Shown piece by piece: positions 25,292 to 39,370 of a stretch of 64,000 nucleotides of DNA (position 1 is the stretch's first letter; each line of letters begins with the position of its first letter). The notes beneath the pieces were generated by a model. That model did not search any database, was not told the DNA's origin, and was given only the letters and a program-made list of their open reading frames with translations. This DNA comes from Octopus sinensis (Eukaryota). The stretch is taken from positions 60,946,001 to 61,010,000 of the forward strand of contig NC_043003.1 of assembly GCF_006345805.1 (NCBI RefSeq). The letters run 5' to 3'. The position numbers were made by a program, and so were the translations under genes.

Positions 25292-27173
25292 CTAGAATAT
25301 TTAAATATTTGATTAGGTTTTAAATACGTTTTATCATTTATAGCAACCTTTATTGATTTTACCAAGAAAAGCCTTCGAAATATTTAAACATCCACTCTAC
25401 TATTTGAGGATGAAAATAGCCAAAGTAATTTTTTCAATGTGTATCTGCTTCTGTAAACGTTTATTTGGTATGTTTATTTTATTTTAAAATAGCCATTTTT
25501 GTGGCATTAGGGTGTGATTTAGCTGAATTGCAGTCGAAATAATGCTAGCACTATGTGCTATCATTCCTATTTTTCCGAAATACAAATATAGTCTTAAAAA
25601 ATAATGTGATATTTAACCAAAAAGTTCAGAGATGTACGATTAGAAACGATTTTCTGCCTTATCTTTTCAAACAATATTGCTGCCTTCAGAACTTCTCAAA
25701 TTTAATTCCAAATGCCTTATGGTATGTGTATATTCTACAGGCTAGATGTGATATTGTTAACAGAATGTAGTGAGTTAGTAGAAAGTGAAATTTTCCGTGT
25801 AGTAAGAGAAAAAGTCGTAAGGGCTAATGAGAATTCTTATGAAGAAGAAAAGGGAGCATACTCCATTGATTAAACTGACTATAAGTTGATGTGTAATGTG
25901 TTATCGCTTGTTCCACTAGAATTCTTCTAGGAATATTTACGAGAAATTGCATTACTTAACTCCGGCTTGAAGTAAATTAGTTAATGCAGATTTGTTGGTA
26001 GGATGTTTTGAGAAAACGACTGTCATCAATTGTATCCTTCTGTTGTTGACACAACGTTCTGTCCGCAGCTAAGGTATTTAATCTTAACAAGTGACCCAAT
26101 TAGTCCACTAAATCGAAAATACGCGCCCTAAGAATAATAAGTAGATGCTCACATCAGTGGTAGCAATACGAAAAAGACACTGTAAAAGTCACAACAGCAC
26201 TCAGTCGTGACCAAAGTAATCCAGCCCTTGTTGAACACATTATTTCAATTTTGACTCTATAAATGATTATGTGTCGAATGTACCAGAGCCCATTCAAACA
26301 TAAACACATGAATTGCAGGCAACCATAATGGTTGCCAATGGTCAAACCGATGTGACTAACCTTACTATTGTCTGAGCGGTTTGATGCTCATGAGTCATGA
26401 ACAGGCAATCTAGGTCTTTATTAATTAGGCTGTTTGATATTTTTTCTGTCTCATGCAGACACATCGCAATATTATGAACGCATAAATAAAAATATTGTAG
26501 CAATACTTATTCTGTACTTTATATCATTATATATATTATAATTATATTTATTTTAACACGTTCACGCACACTCAAAGTTGGAAACACTTTCACTCCGAAA
26601 ATAGTCTCCTTAAAGACAATATATATGAAAACACACACCTATGCGATGAATGAGGTCATCGGAATATATGACGTGTTTCTACGTCGTTACTCCTCGTTAG
26701 CTATAGACACCGGATCAGTCGTTCGCACTCAATTACTGCTCTTATATTTATATAGCATATAATAAATGTTTTGATGTGTGCAAGCTTTTTCAAGTTGTAA
26801 TCAATTCAAGGCACATTAAGTAGCGATGATTAAAGTATAGATATGTAGAGGTATATTTAACACGTTCGTGTATATGTGGTATTTTATATAATAATGTGGT
26901 ATTTATGAATATTGTTTGTTTTGTTTACCTAAAATCAAACTTCCATTTAAAAATATTTATTACCTATAACTCTCAGAAAGCTCTCTACGGATAATGTTAA
27001 AATATTTTAGATAATACAAAAATTTAAGTACATGAAATATAAAAGATATTAGCAGTCTAATATCGTGAATGTAACTATAATAATTTCATACAAATAAAAT
27101 CTCCTGAGATCATTCATATATACTGTAAAAATCAGGTGCGCATTAATCGAATGTATTTAAAATCAGATATTAC

Positions 27174-27232
27174 CTGCTCTTTGGAATTTTTCCCGTCTTG
27201 ATGCCGCAGTCGGAGCAACGGTTTCCTCTTCA
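27174..27232 (-). CDS. RIM/Piccolo/Fife-family protein, PDZ-C2 linker exon
   Basis: ttaattccag|...|GTAATA; 59 nt, phase 2-1, (T)EEETVAPTAASRREKFQRA(D). Phases fit both neighbouring exons exactly. Confidence 0.75.
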
Positions 27233-27619
27233 CTGGAATTAAAGGAAATTTGAGTTTCAGAACATCAAAGGACTAATGGGTGACTACTTAATATTTACAT
27301 TAGACAGAGAGATGATTGGTTACCAAAACCAATTCAGTGGACATCTGCTGGTATCGGATTGCATCGATATCGAGTTTGTGCGTTTGATGTTTTGTAGTCA
27401 TTTCAAAACAGAACTTGATTTACACAAAGAAATGTTTCTTAAGGCAATGTTATTACTCTAATCATTGTACAAAAATTTTTGCCCACAATTTTCTAACTGC
27501 ATTTTTAGTGTCTGTGTTACCCATGACAAACAGATAAACACATAAACAAATAGACAGATAAGCAGATATACAGACAGAGATATATACAGACAGCTAGACA
27601 GATTAACTGACGTACAGAC

Positions 27620-27651
27620 TGCTAGACAGACAGACAGACAGACAGAGAGAG

Positions 27652-27730
<79 letters not shown>
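27620..27730 (+). repeat. (GACA)/(GATA)n microsatellite
   Basis: Read directly from the sequence. Confidence 0.95.
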
Positions 27731-27731
<1 letters not shown>

Positions 27732-28936
27732 GTTTGCATTTAGATATTTGCACTTCATACACTCTGGAAAAGAATCAATTTCCAAAGCCCTTCCAGATAT
27801 TAAAATCTGTTGGCCGATTCGTATTTATATACAAAGGTAGTTTGGAAAGGGTCACAATGGAAGTAGGGATGGTTATTTCATTAAGAAGTTTGCATTAAAT
27901 TCGGTCTGACACTGAGGTCAAGTGTCTTCCACCATACCAACGTTTCGAGTAATTATCCCTTTCCTTTCAGACATGGCTGCCGTGTGACTAAGACGTTCGC
28001 TTCACAACTACATGACTTTGGGTTCAATAATACTCTCCAGTATTTCAGGTGAGTATTTTCTATCGTCCTCTAGGATCGGCCAAAAGCGTTTGGGTGAAAT
28101 TTTGTTGAGGAAAACTGTGTTGAGGATCTGACACTCTGTTTAACACCATCACCTGTTTCTTGGGTACCTCCAGTCGTGTCCACTTTTGTCGCAAGAATTC
28201 GGTGAATGTTTGTAGTCTGTGAATAAATTTATGTCTACCACTCTTTCTATCACCATTCACAGCAGCCATGAAAAGAGGCATGGCCCCTGCCTTTACCCTC
28301 TCTAAAGTAATAAAAAAAAACTAAATATAAAAGGAAAGGACAGTACGAACTCCAATGTAGTATATAAAATGTGGTAATAAATCTTATTATTTTAATATAT
28401 TTCATTTCTATTCAAATATTTAACGACATAAATATAATAATGATTCTTGTCTTTTCTCTGTCGTTCTTACACGTTCGTTCTAGGTCTTCCTCACGGGCGT
28501 TTACCATTTATCATTACTTTAGTAATGGTCTGTATTTATCTTATTTTATTACTATGTGACCGAAGAACTTTAGATTCCTATTTTTTTATATTTTAATAGT
28601 TGAGATTAATGATTATCTATTTGTATTTGCTAGTTATAGCACTTTTTCATTGGTTTTATATTTTGTTCAGAATATTCTTAGCGTTCTTCTAACTGTCCAC
28701 ATTTCAAAGGCTTCCAGTTTATCAGAAGTGATAGCCAGTAAAAACAGGAAAAATAACAACAAGTGTGTGTGTGTACGTGTGAGTGTGTGCATGCGCGAGT
28801 AAAGGTATGTAAGTAAGTGTATGTCTGAGTAAGCATACGTGTGAGAACTCTACGTTTGCGTATTTTTCAACCTGCAGATTAAATTCTTGGCAAATCAAAT
28901 TTCTCATCATATTCGTCAGTTAACTGACTTCGTGAG

Positions 28937-28965
<29 letters not shown>

Positions 28966-28973
<8 letters not shown>

Positions 28974-30336
28974 TCAATATAGGGAGGCAAAAAAATTTTG
29001 TAGAATTCTTTTGCCCCCAGCGGCCTAGTGGGAAAAAATTAATAGTCATAAACCATTTTTAAGTTCAATATCACAATCAAGGAACGGCCATAATAGGCCA
29101 TTCACCCACTAGAAATAACAGCCAAAAAGCTTCAACCGCAAAATAACATTAATTCTGTAACCAGGAGAAAATTAAAAAAAACATTTACCCTGAAATTCCT
29201 TATACGATGCACCGTTTCGTCTACTGTTAATGGTAAACTAACCTGATTAAATTAAATCAAGCCAATCTACCATAGGCCCTTAGATTCATCAGTAAGGAAT
29301 AGCCAAATCGGAACAGATATTTTTCACGAGGCATTCACGTCCATGCCTCGCCAATATCTGACCTAAAATTTTCAAATCGTCGCACTCGCGCCAAATTTAT
29401 CGGCAGCAAATAAATATAAGCCGCCGATTCCATTACGGAACTAACCAGAAAATTCATAATTAATCAATATAGGGAGGCAAAAAAATTTTGTAGAATTCTT
29501 TTGCCCCCAGCGGCCTAGTGGGAAAAATTAAATAGTCATAAACCATTTTTAAGTTCAATATCACAATCAAGGAACGGCCATAATAGGCCATTCACCACTA
29601 GAAATAACAGCCAAAAAGCTTCAACCGCAAAATAACATTAATTCTGTAAACCAGGAGAAAATTAAAAAAACATTTACCCTGAAATTCCTTATACGATGCA
29701 CCGTTTCGTCTACTGTTTAATGGTAAACTAACCTGATTAAATTAAATCAAGCCAATCTACCATAGGCCCTTAGATTCATCAGTAAGGAATAGCCAAATCG
29801 GAACAGATATTTTTCACGAGGCATTCACGTCCATGCCTCGCCAATATCTGACCTAAAATTTTCAAATCGTCGCACTCGCGCCAAATTTATCGGCAGCAAA
29901 TAAATATAAGCCGCCGATTCCATTACGGAACTAACCAGAAAATTCATAATTAATCAATATAGGGAGGCAAAAAAATTTTGTAGAATTCTTTTGCCCCCAG
30001 CGGCCTAGTGGGAAAAAATTAAATAGTCATAAACCATTTTTAAGTTCAATATCACAATCAAGGAACGGCCATAATAGGCCATTCACCCACTAGAAATAAC
30101 AGCCAAAAAGCTTCAACCGCAAAATAACATTAATTCTGTAAACCAGGAGAAAATTAAAAAAACATTTACCCTGAAATTTAATCAGGTTAGTTTACCATTA
30201 AACAGTAGACGAAACGGTGCATCGTATAAGGAATTTCAGGGTAAATGTTTTTTTAATTTTCTCCTGGTTTACAGAATTAATGTTATTTTGCGGTTGAAGC
30301 TTTTTGGCTGTTATTTCTAGTGGGTGAATGGCCTAT
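28966..30336. repeat. 490-bp tandem array (about 2.4 units) ending in an inverted 162-bp segment
   Basis: Units start at 28966, 29456 and 29946; 30175-30336 is the reverse complement of part of the unit; (TA)n on both sides. Confidence 0.93.
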
Positions 30337-30866
30337 ATATATATATATATATACATATATACATACACACACACACACGCACACATACACACACACACAC
30401 ACACGCACACACACACATATATATATAAATAAAAGTTAAAACTTTGGCTTGACGGCCGTGATCTTCGTCGATTGTCTACTCTATATGTCCATTCTGTCGT
30501 TGTTTGTTCGTTCGAAGCCCTAACTCTCCACAAATTTTATATTTTAAAAATTTCTGGATGCTGTTGTTTTATGAAAGTTTCCTACCTTGTCGTTGAAAGC
30601 TCGAAATTGGGAGTAATTAACAGTTGACAATTGAGAAGGGGGTTAGGCTTCTTTTGGTATTTTGTCCCATACTTGTCTCTCTTTATATGTTTTCGTATTT
30701 TTCATTCGTTGACGATGTCCTATTTTTATTGTATATTTTTTTGTATTTTGTCCTGTACTTATCCCTCGTGTGTTTACATATTTTTCACTCGGTGGTGATG
30801 TCCTTTACTTGATGTATTTTATATTTATTTACACACACACACACATATATATATACGTATATATAT

Positions 30867-30914
<48 letters not shown>

Positions 30915-30927
30915 TATATATATACAC

Positions 30928-30961
<34 letters not shown>

Positions 30962-30990
30962 GTATATATATATATATATATATACACACG

Positions 30991-31023
<33 letters not shown>

Positions 31024-31248
31024 GTATATATATATATATATATTATATATTATATATATATCACGTATATATATATATATATATTATATATATAATATAT
31101 ATATATACATATATATACACATACACACACATATATTATTGTTGTTTGTTCCTTCTCGAACCATGCCTGACTCCTAAGGGTCTGTTTTCCGGTTTTCATA
31201 GGCGTATAGGTTCCCCACTTGGACGGGACGCCGGCCTGTCGCGATACA

Positions 31249-31284
<36 letters not shown>

Positions 31285-31537
31285 TTTTTTTGATTTTTCC
31301 AGTTTCAGCTAATGAGCTGTGGCCATGCTGGGGCACCGCCATATATGTATATATATATATACAATTATATTCATTCAGTTTCCCTCTACCAAATCGACTC
31401 GCAAGACTTTGGTTGGCCCGAGGCTAAATTAGAAAACACCTGCCCAAGGTACTACGCAGTGGGACTGAACCCGAGACCATGTGGTTGGGAAGCAAGCTTC
31501 TTCCCACACACCCACAACCGTATGTGTGTGTGTGTGT

Positions 31538-31614
<77 letters not shown>

Positions 31615-32635
31615 TTGTCAGATAACTTATGAAGGAGATACGAGTTATATCTGATTAGCCCGGAATTAAATGTAGAGGCATGAGATTCAAAAACATAGGG
31701 TTCTTTATATATGTCTCTACCAATTACTTTCTTTTTGTATCAACCATCCTGGGACTGTTGCTGTGCTTATATAATTCATTAATAAAATTTAAACCTTTAT
31801 TCAATTTAAATTTGAAAAGCCATATTGTTATACTGTTATATATAGTTATATTGTTTGTTACTAAATCCCTTGGAATTCGTGATTATTTTCAGAATTATTT
31901 CTAACCGATAGACATTAGAATTATGGCCACAAAAAGGATTATCCAAACCACTGTTTGGTAGCAATTTAGAATTAGTTGTATTTAATTCATGCTTATAACA
32001 ACAACCTTAACGTACTGTCTAGTTGTCGTGTTCCCTATCAATTAAACTATTCACGCACTCAATATGGCGGCAATATATATTACATCAAAAACATTTGTTT
32101 TTTTCTAACGAAAGGATAAATTCGTCAGATTCATTTCTTCTCACGGTATATGTACTTATACACACTAACGGACTTCCGAGTTAAAGGAAAGCATGGAATG
32201 AAAAATGTTTGTCAATATAGGCGCAGCAGGCTTGAATGTTTCGCCTGTGGTTCTGAGTTCAGTCCTACTGTACGAAACCTTGAGTGACTTTTACTACAGT
32301 CCATGGCCTATTAATGCTTTTTAAGCAAATTTGCTCGTGGGAAACTGTGAAGAAGCCCGTTGTATATATGCATGTGTGTTAAGTGTGTATGTGTACCTTT
32401 GTGTTCGTCCCTCAACACTGATTGATAACCGGTGTCGTTTTGTTTATGCCCCCGCAAGCTAGCGGTTCGAAAAAGTAACCGAGAGAATGAGAAACACACT
32501 TCAAAAAGTACTGTGGTCGATTTGCTTGATTAAACCCTTCAAGGCGATGCCCCAGCACGGCCGCAGTCCAATGACTGCGGCAAGCAGCCTATAGAAAATT
32601 TTTCAATGATTCAATGATAAAGGAGATATACTCAC

Positions 32636-32756
32636 GTGACTGGCCGATGCCAAATGACAATCTGAACAATATTACCGGAATGATCCATTATTTCCTGTGC
32701 TTCCTCAAATGTAACGTCTACTAATGATTGTCCATCCCATGTTATTATTTGATCAC
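32636..32756 (-). CDS. RIM/Piccolo/Fife-family protein, PDZ exon 2
   Basis: ttttag|...|GTGAGT; 121 nt, phase 1-2. Encodes (G)DQIITWDGQSLVDVTFEEAQEIMDHSGNIVQIVIWHRPV(T), completing the PDZ (compare GDEVLEWNG...TFEEV). Not in the ORF track. Confidence 0.9.
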
Positions 32757-33108
32757 CTAAAATAAATTAAAACTATAATTACACCAAATGTATAATTTAC
32801 ATTGTTACAGTATTTCACATATTCATTAAATACTCTATATTTTCATTTGCTTTCATCTAACATTACCTTGTAAAACTTTCTTCAGATTCATTGTTAGTGA
32901 ATATGCTAAAACGAACGCCTTCATAAATCGCAAAATATCAACCTATACATTACTTTGTTTATTCAGAGGATGAATACAATATGTTTGGCTTTATCGATAT
33001 AAGAATATATTTCTGAAGAAATTCAACTTTTCCTGTCAAACCGACATAATGTAACGCCTGTATGTCTATGCATTATTACGCGGAATATAAATCTAATATA
33101 CATATCGT

Positions 33109-33192
<84 letters not shown>

Positions 33193-35072
33193 ACACACAC
33201 ACTGGTTGAGTGAATAGGGTCTGGGACTCTTAATTACGCCATCGCCGTGTTCTAGTGATCACTATTATTATCACCCCTGATACAATACTGTCTCAAGTAC
33301 CAAGACTTTTTGCACCGAATACCCGGTTCCGGGAGTATATATGTGACCAAGATCAAAACGTTCCACATCTCTAGGTTATTCATTTACAGCTAAATGGACT
33401 GAAGAAATATGAAAAGAAATATTTTCTTTGAAGAAAACAACGACTCGGTCCTGGAATCAAGCCCCACAATCTTGCGATCATAAGGGCAACACCGCAACCA
33501 TTAGGCCATGCGTCATCACATTTATACGATACACAAAAATTGAAAACATAATAATTATGCGGTAGATAAAGTAGTCAACTGACATGCAGAATTTACTGGA
33601 GAAATGAAAATAAATAGCGATATTCTTTCTTCTCGTTCAACATTTTGTTGAATATGAATTTTTTAAAATATCTCCTATGTAAATGCCAAATGCAAATACA
33701 TCGCTTTTTGACTAGAGATAACATCTCTTATGAACACACCGAGGTTTAAAAGCACAATATATATATATATATATATCGGAGAGAGACGAAATTAGTCGCA
33801 GCAGAGGCATGCAAGAATGCTAGTGTATTCACAGTCTGCCATATGCTTAAATGAGATTTATGGGAAAACTGAAAAATATTAACTGGAATTGCACATAGCT
33901 GCCCGGCTGAATAAAAATCAGTTATATGTTATGCTATAGATGTATTAGATCAAAATAGCCATCTATGTATCATAATATAAATTTCATCGTTAAAAGGAAG
34001 GTAAGATCTCATATGCACGTGCAGTGTTATCTCTGAACAAATACCCTAGTAAATTTGCCTTCGAACGAAGCACACAAGGTGACATATTAACTCAGAACCG
34101 TAAAGAAACGTAACACAATGCCACAATATACATGTATCCGAGCAATACTGATTTTGCCATTCCTTCGCCAAGTAAATAAACCTAATCAGTGGCATAGAAA
34201 TCTTTTAAGCAATTACTATTTCTAGAATATTGTCTAAAAGATTCTTTCCTGCAAATCAGAACGGTTTTCTTTATCTTTCTCTCAAACAAATTACATTATT
34301 GCTTTTTTCATAAATGAATTGTAAAAGCAATATTCTCAAGGACTTTCTGTGTGTTTACATCGAAGGAAAAGCTGAAGCATGTGATCTGTTAATGATTAAT
34401 TTATACTGGAACATGTATATTATTCAGAACGTTTTTTTTTTTTATTCAATACCCTTAAAAGATATTCCTATTCTGAATATCCCAAACAACAGTTCATGAA
34501 GGAAATAATTTGCTGTAATTCCGGTTAAAGATGTAATCATCTCCAAGTAATAAAACACTTCAAAGATTTTCAAAAATTTGTTCCATAGCATTAAATTAAT
34601 GGTTAGTTGTATGTATAATATAAGGAGATAGATGCAGATTGAGGTTAAAAAGGTTTAATGAAATCTAAGTAGTCATAGATTTCGTCTACCTGTTTGTGTG
34701 CACAGCGGTCTAAAATCTATTTTCTATGCTGTGTCCTTCTATATATTTGCAATATAGCGGTCTGACAAATAGCAAAACAATATTTTAAAAAGTAATAGTA
34801 CGCAATACATCTGACGTACTGTTGCCCCGAAACAGAAAGCTGTAAAAGAATGAAAATAATCTGGAAAATTCAATGGTGTATATGGACTGACACAATTTCA
34901 CTGTAATATATTAAACACACTCTGTAGATGCAGGCATGGCTGTGTGCTTAAGTATCTGACTTCACCACAACAAGGTTTCGGTTCAGTTCAGTATCTTGGG
35001 TGTTTACGACAACAGCCTCGGAATAACCAATGCCTGGTGACTGAATTTCGTTGACGGAAACTCTGTGGAAGC

Positions 35073-35114
<42 letters not shown>

Positions 35115-35556
35115 AAGTATTTATGTATATATATATAGTATCTATGTATAAATATATGTATATATATATACATGTATATATGCATACATACATATATATA
35201 TACATATATATATATATTTATATATATATGTATATGTATACATATATATATACTGCGCTCGCCAGTACCTCTTTCATCCCAGCCAGAACAAAGGCTTTCG
35301 TTTGTTTTTTTCGTTTGTTTTTCTTGTTTATTTTGATTTCTCGTTTTGTATTTTCTTGTACATGTATTTTTAATTTTGTATTTTTATCTTGTATTTTATT
35401 GTGCAGTTCTATTGTTACGTCCCGTTTGTGTTACATTTTTTTCTTGCTTGTTTTACCCCTCTGCGAGTTTATTTTATTTTAATTCTCTCACAGGAAGGCC
35501 TAGTATTGACGAGTCGTGTCCTGTCTTGCCTTCGAAACACGCTAAGTCTACTAGTG

Positions 35557-35599
35557 ACAGCTGATGAAGAGGATTTTTTCCTTGTGTAGCATGTCCTGT
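35557..35599 (+). ncRNA. Degenerate minimal hammerhead-like motif (Penelope-type terminus relic)
   Basis: ACAG-CTGATGA-A-GAGGA/TCCTT-(GAAAC mutated)-AT-GTC-CTGT. Stem I, CUGAUGA and the GUC triplet are present, but the GAAA core is damaged. Confidence 0.4.
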
Positions 35600-35729
35600 A
35601 CCTTGTTTTTCTGTTGTAAAATTTGTTTTTCCCGTTTTCGTTCTCGTCCTGTTCCACGTCTCTGTCTTTCTGTTGTAACAAAATGGCTTTTCCGTTTTCG
35701 TTTCTGTTGAGTTCTATGTCTTTTTGTGG

Positions 35730-36014
35730 TGTCCTGTACGTATATATATATTTATATATGCATGTATATATACATGTAGATGTCGGTACGTACATATATG
35801 TTTGTATGTATGCATATATTTTATTTATTACACTATATATATATATGTATATATATATTCATACGTATATGTATATATATATATATATGTGTGTGTGTGT
35901 ATGTATATACATACATATGTGTGTGTGTGTATGTATATACATACATATATGTATATGTATGTATATATATGTATATATATATATATGTATATGTATATAT
36001 ATATATATGTATAT

Positions 36015-36046
<32 letters not shown>

Positions 36047-36077
36047 GTTATATATATATATATATATATATATATGT

Positions 36078-36115
<38 letters not shown>

Positions 36116-36216
36116 TATGTTATATATATATATATATATATATGTGTATATATATATATATATATTATATATATATATCTATATATATATATAATGTATA
36201 TATATATATATGTATG

Positions 36217-36250
<34 letters not shown>

Positions 36251-36349
36251 TGTATGTATATATATATATATGTATATGTATATATATAATATATATGTAT
36301 ATATATTATATATATATATGTATATATATATAGATATATATATATATAT

Positions 36350-36392
<43 letters not shown>

Positions 36393-36435
36393 ATATATAT
36401 ATAATATGTATGTATTATATATATATATATATTAT

Positions 36436-36472
<37 letters not shown>

Positions 36473-36480
36473 ATATATAT

Positions 36481-36512
<32 letters not shown>
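35730..36512. repeat. Very long compound (TA)/(TG)/(TATG) microsatellite
   Basis: About 780 bp of TA-dominated repeat; source of several spurious YI-rich ORFs. Confidence 0.97.
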
Positions 36513-37282
36513 GGAGCTGCAAAAAGCCGGATTTCACGGGAGGGCTGCAATCAGAAAACCACTACTTTCATAAACAAACGTTGCAAAGCGTTTAGAGTGG
36601 AGTAAAACCCTATAGAATTGGTCCCTAGATCAGTGGAAGAATGTTATCTTCTCGGACAAGTCACCCTTTACCTTATTTCCGACTATCGGCCGAGCATACG
36701 TGTGGAGACAGCCAAAAGAAGCATTTGACCCGGGCTACCTTCACCCAACTGTTAAACATAGAAGAAGATCTGTGATGATCTGGTGGGTGGGGGCTATATC
36801 TTGGAAATTCGCCGGCCCAATGGTTTTTCTTCATGACAGAAATAATTGTCAAACTATTTATGAATTTTTTCTTATCAAATTCATCCTATGGTTGAAGAAC
36901 TGTTTCCGGAGGGAAATGTAATTTTTCAGGATGATATTGCACGAATTTACACAGCTAAAGTTGTTACTGAATGGCACGAGGAAGATTCTAGTGAAGTTGA
37001 ACATCTTATCTGGCCACCCCAGATCTCAATATTATTGAACATTTATGGTGCATTTTAGAAAAATAAGCAAGAAGTCGATTTCCTCCACCATCATCACTAC
37101 AAGAACTTGAGACTGTTTTAGCTGAAGAATGGACAAGAATTCCTTTGGAAACAACTCAAACTTTGTACGAATACATACCTCGTAGAATTCAAGCTGAAAT
37201 TACTGCCAAAGGCGGTCATACCCATATTAAAATAAATTTGTTTGAAATATTAAGATGTTTCCATTATTTTGTCCAACCGCTA
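36513..37282 (+). mobile_element. Tc1-like (DD34E) transposase relic with 3' TIR
   Basis: [42 protein letters not shown] and PDLNIIEHLW motifs, with stops and frameshifts. Confidence 0.85.
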
Positions 37283-37798
37283 TATATATAAATATATGAA
37301 TACATATCTATATAATATATATATATATACATATAATATATAATGTTATATAATGTTAAATTGTTTTATATCACATCAGTGGTTCATATATATACATAAG
37401 GATAAGCATATTAAAATGGGTCTGTAGGAAAGCTCGTTTAAATAAAAGGGTTGAAAACCAATGTTAGGAACCAGTGTATTATATTATTAACATATATCGA
37501 CTTAAGTGACTTTAAAATGGAATATATATATGCTATTACCAGTTTCTCAATACCAACTTCACATTACACAATTCTATGTTTCTACGTTACCGTACCGGCC
37601 TCTTACAAATCATTTTTGTCCATATACTGTACAAACAAGATTTATAAATACGCTGCGACTACAAATATGTATTCTATGAAAACAATCCACTTGAAGATAA
37701 TGGAGTAACATTTAAGCCAGCGTTGTACAAACTATATGCTAAGAGCTAACTCCGTGAAGACAATTGTATAAGAAAACTAATATTGATTAAAATGTCAC

Positions 37799-37918
37799 CT
37801 TCTCGAATGTTTCCTTGTAAATCGGCAGGGCCTCCTTCTTCTACATTCGTCACATAAGCTCCCATTCGTCCCCATTTTCCTTGTTTTCCTCCGATAACAC
37901 GCATTCCAAGTCCTCGAG
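37799..37918 (-). CDS. RIM/Piccolo/Fife-family active-zone protein, PDZ exon 1 (most 5' confident exon)
   Basis: Acceptor tttacag (branch-like CCTAAC upstream), donor GTGACA; 120 nt, phase 1-1. Encodes (A)RGLGMRVIGGKQGKWGRMGAYVTNVEEGGPADLQGNIRE(G), with a GLGF-like loop similar to Piccolo GLGIRIVGGK and RIM GLKVVGGK. Confidence 0.9.
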
Positions 37919-38421
37919 CTGTAAATGAAGTTAGGATCAATTAGCAAAACATACAACTGCGTTGAATATGCAAATGAAAATTTAAAAGAAAATTTCATTT
38001 AAAACTAGTTGGAGAAAAATTGTACGAGATAATAAGGTTTCCTAGCAATCACGATAGAAAGAAAATAGCTAAGATTACTTTCAAAATGTATGATTCACAC
38101 AAATATATATAGACAATCTTATTCCAGCAAAATTAGTAATGCGCCAGTAAGGAATCCTCAAGGTGGTTGCTTGACCTGCTAGAAATAGTAGCGACGTTTC
38201 TCTCAATTCACAATGTATCTTTAAAAAAGATACGTTTTGATAATGCAGTCCTAAAACTTGAAGGCCACAGATAGAATGATTTCGGTTAAATGTCTATTCA
38301 ATTAGAGATTAGCTGAAGCTAGGTAACAATTACTTTTTCCAGTGACTTCAGAAATACCCCATAAAACATGACTACACTTCGATGTGGCGCACTGATTCAT
38401 GTACTATTACTTACTCATTCT

Positions 38422-39370
38422 AAGGCGGCGAGCTGGCAGAAACGTTAGCACACCGGACCAAATGCGTAGGCGTATTTCGTCTGACGTTACGTTGTGAGTT
38501 CAAATTCCGCCGAGGTCGACTTTGCCTTTCATCCTTTCGGGGTCGATTAAATAAATACTAGTTACGCACTGGGGTCGATATAATCTACTTAATCCGTTTG
38601 TCTGTCCCTGTTTGTCCCCTCTGTGTTTAGCTCCTTGTGGGTAATAAAGAAATAGGTATTTCACCTGACGTTACGTTCTGAGTTCAAATTCCGCCGAGGT
38701 CGACTTTGCTTTTCATCCTTTCGGGGTCGATAAAATTAAGTAACAGTTGCGTTTGGGGTCGATGTGATTGACTGTCTCCCTCCCCATAAAATCCAGGTTT
38801 TGTGCCTATAGCAGAAGGAGTTACGTAGTCATTCTTTTAGGCGTGGGCGTAGCTACGTGGGAAGAAGTTTACTACCAAACGACATGGTTCTGGGTTTGGT
38901 CCTACTGGTTGGCAATTTGAATAAAAGTCTTCCCTCGTCCAAAGCATTCAGTGAGGGTTTGTTGACGAAAACTAAAAGAAACCCGTCATGTATATGTGTT
39001 TCAAAGGCGGCAAACTGGCAGAATCGTTCACACGCCTGACAAAATGCTTGACAGCATTTCGTCCGTCCTTACGTTCTAAATTCAAATTCCGTCGAGGTCG
39101 ACTTTGCCTTTCTTCCTTCCGGGGTCGATAAAATAAAAACCAGTTTAGTAGAGGGGGGTCAATGTAATCGACTATCCCCCTCATCCAAACTTCAGGCCGT
39201 GTACTTATAGTATAAAGGATTACTTAGTCATTCTTAAGACGGTGATCTGGCAGAATCGTTAGCGCTTCACGTTCTGAGTTTAAATGCTGGGGAGGTCAAC
39301 TTTACCTTTAATCCTTTCGGAGTCGATAAAGTATCACCCGAGTACTGGGATCGATGTAAACGACCTATCC
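38422..39370 (+). mobile_element. Cluster of family A SINEs including a tandem dimer
   Basis: Heads at 38422, about 39005 and about 39237; dimer junction AAGAAATA|GGTATTTC at 38654/38655. Confidence 0.85.

Noticed and set aside
26318-26336. Perfect palindrome GGCAACCAT-A-ATGGTTGCC resembling RFX half-sites
   Set aside because: The half-sites are in the opposite orientation to an X-box, and one short palindrome in 64 kb is not compelling without conservation data.
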